53,649 bases of DNA, from positions 1-53,649 of the forward strand of contig PEUB01000123.1 of assembly GCA_002780895.1 (NCBI GenBank), given 5' to 3'. The translations under genes and the position numbers were made by a program. Source of the stretch: Nitrospirae bacterium CG02_land_8_20_14_3_00_41_53 (GTDB taxonomy: Bacteria; Nitrospirota; Thermodesulfovibrionia; Thermodesulfovibrionales; SM23-35). The notes under the pieces were generated by a model. That model made no database searches. It saw only the letters and a program-made list of their open reading frames with translations, and had not been told where the DNA came from. Below, piece by piece: positions 45,494 to 52,906 of the stretch. The first letter of the stretch is position 1. Each line of letters opens with the position of its first letter.

Positions 45494-45519
45494 AAGTGGA
45501 AACTCAAAATTTAAAAGAT
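45478..45519 (+). repeat. Heptanucleotide array aaaagtg type, 6 degenerate units across the murC-murB junction
   Basis: aaaagag aaaagtt aaaagtg gaaactc aaaattt aaaagat. Contains the murC TAA and the murB GTG. Confidence 0.65.
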
Positions 45520-46431
45520 ATATTTTCTGAGGGCCTCTTTGAAGATGAAGTGAGATTTATGGAGCCAATGAAAAACCATACATCATTGAAGATCGGAGGA
45601 CCTGCGGATATCTTTGCCATGCCTCAAGACCTTTCTTCACTAAAAAACATGCATATTAACCTGAAAAGAAATAAGATACCTTTTTCCCCCATTGGAGGAG
45701 GAACAAATATCTTAGTGAGAGATGGTGGCATAGAGGGCGCTGTTATATCTTTGAGGTCTTTCAGAAGGACGGGGGTCTTGAGTAAAGATAATGAGTACAT
45801 GTATTTATTTGCTGAGGCCGGGACTTTACTCCAGAGGATTGTGAATTTCTCGAAGGAAAATGGTTATTCAGGTATAGAGGGCCTTGCAGGCATACCAGGA
45901 ACTGTTGGTGGAGCAATCTTTGGAAATGCAGGTGCATTCGGCTATGAGATGAAGGATGTTCTTGTTTCAGTTGAGGTAATGGATATTGAAGGTAGGATTA
46001 AAATGTTTAAGGCAGAGGAGATTAACTTTGGACATAGAAGTTCAAGCATTTCACGAAATGAATTAATTCTTGCTGCGGAAATAAAGCTCAAGAAAGATGA
46101 AAAGGAAGAGGTTTCAGCTAAGGTTGACGATTTCCTGAGGAAAAAGAGAGAAAAACAGCCTCTCTGGGAACCATCTGCCGGATGTGTATTTAAAAATCCT
46201 GCAGGGTTATCTGCAGGTAAGCTTATAGATGAAGCAGGATGCAAAGGTATGAGAATCGGCGATGTCGAAGTGAGCAGCATACATGCGAATTTCTTTATAA
46301 ATAAAGGAAAGGCAAATGCCTCTGATTTTATTAGGCTTATGGAGGAAGTTGCTCGTAGAGTGAAGGAAAGATTTGGAGTGGTACTTGAGCCGGAGATAAA
46401 GATAGTCGGTAGAGACAATGTTAACGGATAA
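45496..46431 (+). CDS. murB: UDP-N-acetylenolpyruvoylglucosamine reductase
   Basis: [19 protein letters not shown] and GCVFKNP motifs. GTG start inside a heptamer array. Later in-frame ATGs at 45559 and 45568 are alternatives. Confidence 0.85.
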   Translation: METQNLKDIFSEGLFEDEVRFMEPMKNHTSLKIGGPADIFAMPQDLSSLKNMHINLKRNKIPFSPIGGGTNILVRDGGIEGAVISLRSFRRTGVLSKDNEYMYLFAEAGTLLQRIVNFSKENGYSGIEGLAGIPGTVGGAIFGNAGAFGYEMKDVLVSVEVMDIEGRIKMFKAEEINFGHRSSSISRNELILAAEIKLKKDEKEEVSAKVDDFLRKKREKQPLWEPSAGCVFKNPAGLSAGKLIDEAGCKGMRIGDVEVSSIHANFFINKGKANASDFIRLMEEVARRVKERFGVVLEPEIKIVGRDNVNG

Positions 46432-47380
46432 ACGTATAGGTGTTTTAATGGGTGGGACTTCAGCTGAAAGAGAAATATCTCTCAGGAGTGGAACCGCAAT
46501 TTATAATGCATTGAAGGTGATAGGTTATAAGGCGTTTGCTATAGATGTCGGCCCTGATATTTGTAATGTACTGAATAGGGAAGGGATAGAGTTAGCATTT
46601 CTTGTACTTCATGGGGGATATGGAGAAAACGGTTCTATACAGGGCATGCTTGAGGTTTTAGGTATCCCTTATACAGGTTCTGGGGTGCTTGCATCTGCCC
46701 TTGCAATGGACAAAGAGGCGTCAAAGAAGATTTTTCTTTATCACAATATCCCTATACCACCATTTGTTGTAGTAACAAGTAACGAGTTATTAATCCCCCC
46801 CCTCCCCCCTTTAGTAAAGGGGGGTAAGGGGGGATTTGACTCATCACTAATTGACTTTCCGTTGCCCTGGGTCGTCAAGCCTACAGCCGAAGGTTCAAGC
46901 ATAGGAATAAGTATTGTGAGGGATAAAATGAACTTTAGACAAGCATTAGAGGCGGCCTATTCCCATGGTTCAAGGGTAATTGTTGAAAAATATATAATGG
47001 GGAAAGAGGTGCACATAGGGATACTCAATGGCAGGGTATTAGGCGGTGTTGAGGTAAGGCCATCTCTCGAGTTTTATAATTATGAGGCCAAATATACCGC
47101 AGGTCGGACAGAATATATACTTCCTCCAGAAATAAACAATAAGGCTTATGAAAGGGCAAAGGAGGCTGCTATTTCTGCTCATACTGCCCTCGGGTGTAAA
47201 GGCGCTACGAGGGTTGATCTAAGGGTTGATACAGAAGGCAATCCATATGTACTCGAGGTCAATACTATTCCGGGTATGACCGAAATGAGCTTGCTGCCAA
47301 AAATAGCAAGCCTTGCAGGGTTTGATTTTCCTGCCTTGATAGAAGAGATTATCAGAGGTGTTATTGATGAAGGCCAATAA
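46418..47380 (+). CDS. ddl: D-alanine--D-alanine ligase
   Basis: [40 protein letters not shown] and EVNTIPGMT motifs. One palindromic insert. Confidence 0.9.
   Translation: MLTDKRIGVLMGGTSAEREISLRSGTAIYNALKVIGYKAFAIDVGPDICNVLNREGIELAFLVLHGGYGENGSIQGMLEVLGIPYTGSGVLASALAMDKEASKKIFLYHNIPIPPFVVVTSNELLIPPLPPLVKGGKGGFDSSLIDFPLPWVVKPTAEGSSIGISIVRDKMNFRQALEAAYSHGSRVIVEKYIMGKEVHIGILNGRVLGGVEVRPSLEFYNYEAKYTAGRTEYILPPEINNKAYERAKEAAISAHTALGCKGATRVDLRVDTEGNPYVLEVNTIPGMTEMSLLPKIASLAGFDFPALIEEIIRGVIDEGQ
46791..46837. repeat. C/G-run palindromic element in frame in ddl
   Basis: taatccccccccctcccccctttagtaaaggggggtaaggggggattt, translated as [17 protein letters not shown]. Confidence 0.85.
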
Positions 47381-48179
47381 ATTAATGAGGTCGGGTAAAA
47401 AGATAAATATCTTTGGTATATTCCGCAATGTAGCTGTTTTCATCGTCATTTTTGCAACCGCAATATGTATGTATATTTACTTGCGTCCAATAAGATCAGT
47501 ATTGCCTATTAAACACGTTGTATTTACCGGGAATAAACATCTAACAGACGATGAACTCATGGTACTTGCCGGTGTTCATGTTAATGAAAATCCCCCCTCA
47601 CCCCCCTTTACTAAAGGGGGGAAGGGGGGATTTTTAGGTGATAGTCTGATTACGATTTCAAACAAAAAGGTGAGTCAAAGGTTACTCAAATCTCCATGGA
47701 TTAGATCCGTAAGTGTAAGGAAACAATTCCTTGATACACTGTCAATGGTAATAGATGAGGCGGTGCCGTTTGCGCTTCTTGATATGAATAGCCATCTTTT
47801 TTTAATAGATGAGAAGGGTAAACTCCTTGAAGAACTTAAAGGTGATTCAATACCGTTCCTTCCAGTTATCACAGGGGATCCGTTCAGAGAAAGTGAGGGG
47901 TTTTCAGAGGCCATTAACCTTGCGAGATTGATGAATGAGAGGGGGTTTTCGCCAGGAAGAGACCACATTGATATATTTGCACGAAAGCCACATGAGCTCA
48001 CTGTAACAATCGATGGAACTGTTGTAAAAATGGGTTCTGGGATGTTCGAAGAAAAACTTAAAAGGCTGATTGAATTAGAAGACGAGATAAAAAATAGGGG
48101 CATTCCTGTTGATTATATAGATTTAAGATTTGCGGGCAAGGCGATCGTAAAACCTATAACCAACAAGGTGGTTAAGTGA
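47367..48179 (+). CDS. ftsQ: Cell division protein FtsQ
   Basis: TM helix then POTRA-like [14 protein letters not shown], in the canonical position. The start is uncertain (GTG 47358, ATG 47367 with GAGG 8 nt upstream, or ATG 47385). Confidence 0.75.
   Translation: MKANKLMRSGKKINIFGIFRNVAVFIVIFATAICMYIYLRPIRSVLPIKHVVFTGNKHLTDDELMVLAGVHVNENPPSPPFTKGGKGGFLGDSLITISNKKVSQRLLKSPWIRSVSVRKQFLDTLSMVIDEAVPFALLDMNSHLFLIDEKGKLLEELKGDSIPFLPVITGDPFRESEGFSEAINLARLMNERGFSPGRDHIDIFARKPHELTVTIDGTVVKMGSGMFEEKLKRLIELEDEIKNRGIPVDYIDLRFAGKAIVKPITNKVVK
47587..47634. repeat. C/G-run palindromic element in frame in ftsQ
   Basis: aaaatcccccctcacccccctttactaaaggggggaaggggggatttt, translated as [17 protein letters not shown]. 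Confidence 0.85.
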
Positions 48180-49426
48180 TGGTTCGACGGCGTTTGACTG
48201 AGCTCACGTCGAAGTCTCAACATGGAAGTGTTGTTGTAGGGCTTGATGTAGGGACTACAAAGATTTGCGCTGTCGTTGGGGAATTGATAGAAGGCGAGTT
48301 AGAAATACGCGGAATCAGTACATCTGCTTCAACAGGGCTCAGAAAGGGTATGGTCGTAAATATAGAGTCAACAGTGGAGTCAATAAAAAACGCTGTGAAG
48401 ACAGCTGAGTCTATCACAGGTGTCGAAATAAATGCAGTATATCTTGGTATTACAGGTGGTCATATCAAAGGGTTTAATAGTTATGGAGCTGTTGGTCTAA
48501 GAGGCAAAGAGGTGGCTTATGTGGACGTAGAGCGCGTGATAGACTCTGCGAAGGCTGTTTATGTGCCACTTGACAGGGAGGTACTGCATGTTATTCCAAC
48601 GGGGTATATCCTCGACGGCCAGAATGGTATCAGAGACCCTGTTGGAATGATGGGGGTGAGGCTCGAGGCAAAGGTTTACATAGTCACAGGTGCTGTAACC
48701 TCGGTGCAGAACCTCCTAAAATGCTGTGAAAAGGTAGGCCTTGAGGTTGTTGATATAGTCTTTGAGCCTATCGCATCAGCAGAGGCGGTACTTACAGATG
48801 ATGAGAAAGAACTCGGTGTTGCTATTGTAGATATCGGCGGCGGTACAACAGATATCATCCTTTATAAAGATGGCTCGCTGAGGCATACATCTGTCCTTGC
48901 CATTGGAGGGAACCATTTTACAAATGATATTGCTGTTGGCCTGAGGGTTTCCCTATCCGAGGCTGAAAGGGTTAAAAAAAGTTTTGGATCTGCCGCAACA
49001 AGTATGGTGAGCGACTCAGAAGAGATAGATATAATTCAGGCAGGACAGGGAAGGAAGATATTGCGCAGGTGCCTTTTAGAGATTATACAGCCAAGAACCG
49101 AGGAGCTGCTGGATTTAATAAAAGGTGAACTCATATCCTGTTCAGCTTATGATGTTGCATCAACAGGAGTTGTTCTTACAGGGGGTTGTTCTCTGCTCGA
49201 AGGCCTCGACAGGATGGCAGAGGCGGTATTAGGACTTCCTGTCAGAATAGGCTTCCCAAAATATATAAAAGGGTGCAAAGACATTATAAATAATCCAATA
49301 TATGCCACAGGCGTAGGCCTTGTACTTTATGGGTCAGATACAGAATCAGGCAGGGTATTTTACCCTGATGTTTTTACAGGGATATTCGGAAAGATGAAGG
49401 ATTGGGTAAAGGGAATTTTTAGATAA
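48179..49426 (+). CDS. ftsA: Cell division protein FtsA
   Basis: VVGLDVGTTKICAVVGE and DIGGGTTD actin-fold motifs. ATG 48179 lies 7 nt after AAGGTGG (GTG 48176 is also in frame). Confidence 0.9.
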   Translation: MVRRRLTELTSKSQHGSVVVGLDVGTTKICAVVGELIEGELEIRGISTSASTGLRKGMVVNIESTVESIKNAVKTAESITGVEINAVYLGITGGHIKGFNSYGAVGLRGKEVAYVDVERVIDSAKAVYVPLDREVLHVIPTGYILDGQNGIRDPVGMMGVRLEAKVYIVTGAVTSVQNLLKCCEKVGLEVVDIVFEPIASAEAVLTDDEKELGVAIVDIGGGTTDIILYKDGSLRHTSVLAIGGNHFTNDIAVGLRVSLSEAERVKKSFGSAATSMVSDSEEIDIIQAGQGRKILRRCLLEIIQPRTEELLDLIKGELISCSAYDVASTGVVLTGGCSLLEGLDRMAEAVLGLPVRIGFPKYIKGCKDIINNPIYATGVGLVLYGSDTESGRVFYPDVFTGIFGKMKDWVKGIFR

Positions 49427-49454
49427 ATGGAGCACTATTAGAATAGTGCTCCAT
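49427..49454 (+). other. Perfect 12-bp stem-loop in the ftsA-ftsZ spacer
   Basis: ATGGAGCACTAT-taga-ATAGTGCTCCAT, followed by A7 and the ftsZ AGGAGG. No U tract, so not a canonical terminator. Confidence 0.7.
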
Positions 49455-49471
49455 AAAAAAAGGAGGTGTGT

Positions 49472-50629
49472 ATGTTTGAGATTGAAGAAGTAAGGGGGCA
49501 GAAGGCAAGGATAAAGGTTGTCGGCGTCGGAGGGGCTGGGGGTAATGCCATCAATAACATGATCTCATCGAACCTTCATGGGGTTGAATTTATAGCTATT
49601 AACACGGATATGCAGGCTATTGAAACCTCACTTGCACCTGTTAAGGTACAGATTGGCGCTAATCTTACCAAGGGGCTTGGGGCAGGTTCAGACCCTCAGA
49701 TCGGTAAAGAGGCAGCCCTCGAGGACAGGACAGCGATTGCTGAATCTCTTGAAGGTGCTGACATGGTCTTTGTGACTGCTGGTATGGGTGGAGGCACAGG
49801 TACAGGTGCGGGGCCTGTAATTGCTGGTATCGCAAAAGAAGTCGGGGCTATTACGGTTGCTGTTATTACCAAGCCATTTTTTTTTGAAGGAAAGATGAGG
49901 TGGATAAATGCAGAAGAGGGGATAAAAGAACTGAGGAAAAATGTAGATACCCTGATTGTAATACCGAATGACAGGATAGGCCTTGTTGTTGAGAAGGGAA
50001 CGCCTTTGCTTAAGTCCTTTGCCATAGCTAATGATGTCCTAAAACAGGCTGTTCAGGGGATATCTGATATCATCCTGATTCCTGGACTGATCAATGTTGA
50101 CTTCGCTGATGTCAGAACAATTATAGAGGGTAAAGGCCGTGGAGTTATGGGCTCAGGGTTAGGAAAAGGTGATGGTGGGGCGATAGAGGCGGCTAAAAAG
50201 GCTATATCAAATCCCTTACTCGAGGAGTCTTCTATTGAAGGCGCAAAGGGCATACTCATTAATATCACAGGTGGTCTTGAACTTTCACTAAGTGACGTTC
50301 AGGAAGCGTCTTCCCTTATATACGACTCTGCAGACGAGGAGGTGCACCTCATATTTGGTGCGGTTATAGATCCTGATGTTGACGGCGAGGTGAGGGTCAC
50401 TGTAATTGCAACAGGCTTTGATGATCAAAAAGAAAAGGTAGAATTGCCGCAGATTAAAAAGTGGAATCCTGTTAAGCGACCCTTGAGTTTCAGAGGTTCG
50501 GAGAGGGTTTTATCAAAGAGTCTTAAGTCCGATTATGGTATGGATATAGTGGCAACAGAAATTATGTCATATGAAGACCGTATTGATGTGCCTGCATTTA
50601 TGAGAAAGGCACATCAAAAAGAGATTTAA
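49472..50629 (+). CDS. ftsZ: Cell division protein FtsZ
   Basis: GVGGAGGNAINNM and GGGTGTGAGPV tubulin signature. ATG 49472 lies 5 nt after AGGAGG (the track starts at GTG 49466). Confidence 0.95.
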   Translation: MFEIEEVRGQKARIKVVGVGGAGGNAINNMISSNLHGVEFIAINTDMQAIETSLAPVKVQIGANLTKGLGAGSDPQIGKEAALEDRTAIAESLEGADMVFVTAGMGGGTGTGAGPVIAGIAKEVGAITVAVITKPFFFEGKMRWINAEEGIKELRKNVDTLIVIPNDRIGLVVEKGTPLLKSFAIANDVLKQAVQGISDIILIPGLINVDFADVRTIIEGKGRGVMGSGLGKGDGGAIEAAKKAISNPLLEESSIEGAKGILINITGGLELSLSDVQEASSLIYDSADEEVHLIFGAVIDPDVDGEVRVTVIATGFDDQKEKVELPQIKKWNPVKRPLSFRGSERVLSKSLKSDYGMDIVATEIMSYEDRIDVPAFMRKAHQKEI

Positions 50630-50643
50630 AGCTTCCCTCCAAC

Positions 50644-50671
50644 GAGGGGCTTCCTCCCCCGGAAGCCCCTC
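50644..50671 (+). other. Perfect 11-bp GC-rich stem-loop 15 nt after the ftsZ stop
   Basis: GAGGGGCTTCC-tccccc-GGAAGCCCCTC, followed by a C run rather than a T run. Confidence 0.55.
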
Positions 50672-50867
50672 CCCCCCCTACTTTGATTAAGCTTTAAATT
50701 ATAAATTTTTTGAATCGTATTTTTCCATAGAGACAAAGGATATGGGTCTGCGACAAATTTAGCAGTAGTGTAATTTTTCTTAAACAACGAATTATTACCT
50801 AACTATAATTGACTTAGAAAGTTATATAGGATAAACTCTATATAATTAAATATGTAATGGAGGTTTT

Positions 50868-51122
50868 ATGGGTACAACAGTAAAACAAGCAAATTTTCTT
50901 CTGCCAGAAGATTTGCTTGACGAACTTAAAAAGTCTGTCGCAAAAAGAGAACAAAGCAAGGTTGTTACAGAAGCACTGAAGAAGGAACTTAAAAGGATGA
51001 AACTCGAGAAGGCAATTCAATCCAGTTTTGGTGCATGGAAGCATGAGGACCATCCAGAACTAAAAAAGGGCACAGGTACGTTTATTAGAAAACTTAGAAG
51101 GTCAGCAAGAATGAGCCGCTAA
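50868..51122 (+). CDS. Ribbon-helix-helix type II antitoxin (VapB-like)
   Basis: 84 aa. ANFLLPEDLLDELKKSVAKREQSKVVTEALKKEL is CopG/RHH-like. Ends 2 nt before the PIN gene. Confidence 0.65.
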   Translation: MGTTVKQANFLLPEDLLDELKKSVAKREQSKVVTEALKKELKRMKLEKAIQSSFGAWKHEDHPELKKGTGTFIRKLRRSARMSR

Positions 51123-51124
51123 TA

Positions 51125-51505
51125 ATGAAAAATCTGCTTGTCGACACGGATATATTGATTGATTTTTTAAGGGGTAGAGAAAATGCTAAAAAATTCCTAT
51201 TGTCAGCGGTTAACGAATCTATTATTTATTGTTCAACGATAACCGTAGCAGAAGTCCATGCTGGGATGAGAGAGTCAGAGCGTGAAAAGACAAAAGATTT
51301 GATTGATGGACTGAATATTGTTGATGTAACGCGTGAGATTGCTGAAAAGGCTGGGTCATATAAAAGAAGTGAAAAAAGACAATCCCTTGAACTTGCTGAT
51401 TGCCTTATTGCAGCAAGTGCTTTTATAAAAGGTGCTATTCTTGCCACAGGTAATGGGAAACATTATCCGATGAAAGACATAAAAAAAGAAATAATCAAGT
51501 TATAG
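51125..51505 (+). CDS. vapC: PIN-domain toxin VapC
   Basis: 126 aa. LLVDTDILIDFL, TVAEV and ELADCLIAA supply the acidic PIN residues. Confidence 0.8.
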   Translation: MKNLLVDTDILIDFLRGRENAKKFLLSAVNESIIYCSTITVAEVHAGMRESEREKTKDLIDGLNIVDVTREIAEKAGSYKRSEKRQSLELADCLIAASAFIKGAILATGNGKHYPMKDIKKEIIKL

Positions 51506-51559
51506 GATTATATAGAATCCTGATTGTCTGTGAAGCTCATTGCTGCAAGGCATTGATAT

Positions 51560-52621
51560 TCATTGGACATCCTGCATTCTTATTTCATAGCACTGGTGTG
51601 CTAATTCAACGAGCTCGTCAAACCCCCATGTCTTCCTGTCTGTCAGAAAACGTAACAGATGTGAAGGTATTGCACCAATTCCCAGGTAGGCACCGCTGAT
51701 TGCGCCTGCCATTGCTGCTGTTGTATCAACATCCCCGCCTACTTCAATAGCTGTGCAGATGGTTTCCCAGTAATCATCAGGTGACCTGAGAAACGCATAG
51801 AGACTCCACAACACACTGCTGATTACAAATGCAGATATCCCTTTCCATTCATCATCGTCAACATAGTCAGCATCTAAGCCAGCTTTAGAAATTAATGTTA
51901 CAGCTTCTTCAGGTGGAAGGAATAACCATTGAATCAATTTTTTAAGTTTAGAAGCAAAACCTGGGTCAATCGTACCAGACCAATCTGCAAGAGTTGATAA
52001 AAAAGAGTCAGGGTTTATTGTTTTTTCCTGAAGCACCAATGCTACTGCACCGCTAATCGCGACTGCTCCTGCAGAACTACGCGGGTCTTTATGAGTTATT
52101 CTGCCCTGATTATGTGCTGCCTGAATAAGAATCTGTGGATTGTCAAAAAAGAACAAGCCTACAGGAGCAGCCCGCATAGCGCTGCCGTTCCCTGCTGAAG
52201 GAGCAGGTGTACCGGATTCTTCCCATGAGATACCCTGGGATAATCTTTTTGCCGCCTCTTTTGTTGAATAACCAAATCCTACAATTCTTTTCTCTGCAAA
52301 GATAAGCTTTATTCGTTCTGCATAGTCGGCTGGGTCAAATTTTTTACAGGCAACATAGCTCTGAAGAAGTTCACGTGCAAGTTGTGAATCATCTGAATAC
52401 TGTCCGAAAGGAAATGGCCAACGGCCGAACTCTCCTGCCCTCTCTGTTTTTAGGATATCTTCGACATACCTTCTGCATGCCTCTGGTGAAAAGCCTTCCA
52501 CAACAAAACCAAGTGCATCGCCCAGACATTGGCCAACCAAACAGCCGCTGAATTGATCCTTATGAGGGAGCATGGTATAAATAATATAACCTAAATTGAA
52601 TGATTCTTGTACAATTGACAT
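51560..52621 (-). CDS. ADP-ribosylglycohydrolase family protein (DraG/ARH-like)
   Basis: 353 aa. GCLVGQCLGDALG, YSDDSQL, GNGSAMRAAPVG and GGDVDTTAAMAGAISGAYLG motifs. Confidence 0.85.
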   Translation of the reverse strand: MSIVQESFNLGYIIYTMLPHKDQFSGCLVGQCLGDALGFVVEGFSPEACRRYVEDILKTERAGEFGRWPFPFGQYSDDSQLARELLQSYVACKKFDPADYAERIKLIFAEKRIVGFGYSTKEAAKRLSQGISWEESGTPAPSAGNGSAMRAAPVGLFFFDNPQILIQAAHNQGRITHKDPRSSAGAVAISGAVALVLQEKTINPDSFLSTLADWSGTIDPGFASKLKKLIQWLFLPPEEAVTLISKAGLDADYVDDDEWKGISAFVISSVLWSLYAFLRSPDDYWETICTAIEVGGDVDTTAAMAGAISGAYLGIGAIPSHLLRFLTDRKTWGFDELVELAHQCYEIRMQDVQ

Positions 52622-52623
52622 TA

Positions 52624-52708
52624 AATCCCCTCTTGAGAGGGGTGTAGGGGTGTGTTCCCCTCCCTTGATGGTCTAACGACTCGTAGAGGAGGGGTTGGGG
52701 AGGGTGCC
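52624..52708. repeat. Intergenic composite of CCCCTC/GAGGGG-type palindromic repeats
   Basis: aatCCCCTCttGAGGGGtgtaggggtgtg, then ttcccctcccttgatgg...gaggaggggttggggagggtg. Related to the leuS variant at 19171. Confidence 0.6.
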
Positions 52709-52906
52709 CATTTGAGACTTTTGCAAGACCCTCAAGAAAAGGGAAATATTATTATGTAATTAGTTACACATCTTAGGAAAAAGTTTACACAATTTATAGA
52801 TTTATGGGGTTTATGAGGCAGATATTAGTCAAAAAATTTGGCATTATAATTGCATTTAAAGATTTGGGTTGTATTTTTAAAAAAATTTAGCAATAATAGT
52901 TACAAA

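Noticed and set aside
19673-45519. Heptamer arrays as phase-variation (contingency) switches
   Set aside because: The host genes (leuS, murC, murD, murE, ftsK) are essential single-copy housekeeping genes. An on/off frameshift switch would be lethal. Arrays are short (3-6 units) and degenerate, which argues against high slippage rates. I report them as dispersed repeats instead.
34933-47634. Could the recurring 45-nt palindromes in the dcw region be a CRISPR array or its remnant?
   Set aside because: The copies are hundreds to thousands of nt apart at irregular spacing. Each is embedded in a different conserved CDS. There is no leader and there are no cas genes.
50644-50671. Canonical intrinsic terminator after ftsZ
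   Set aside because: The 11-bp GC stem is perfect but is followed by a C run, not a U tract. I keep it as a stem-loop of unknown role, possibly related to the C/G-run repeat families.
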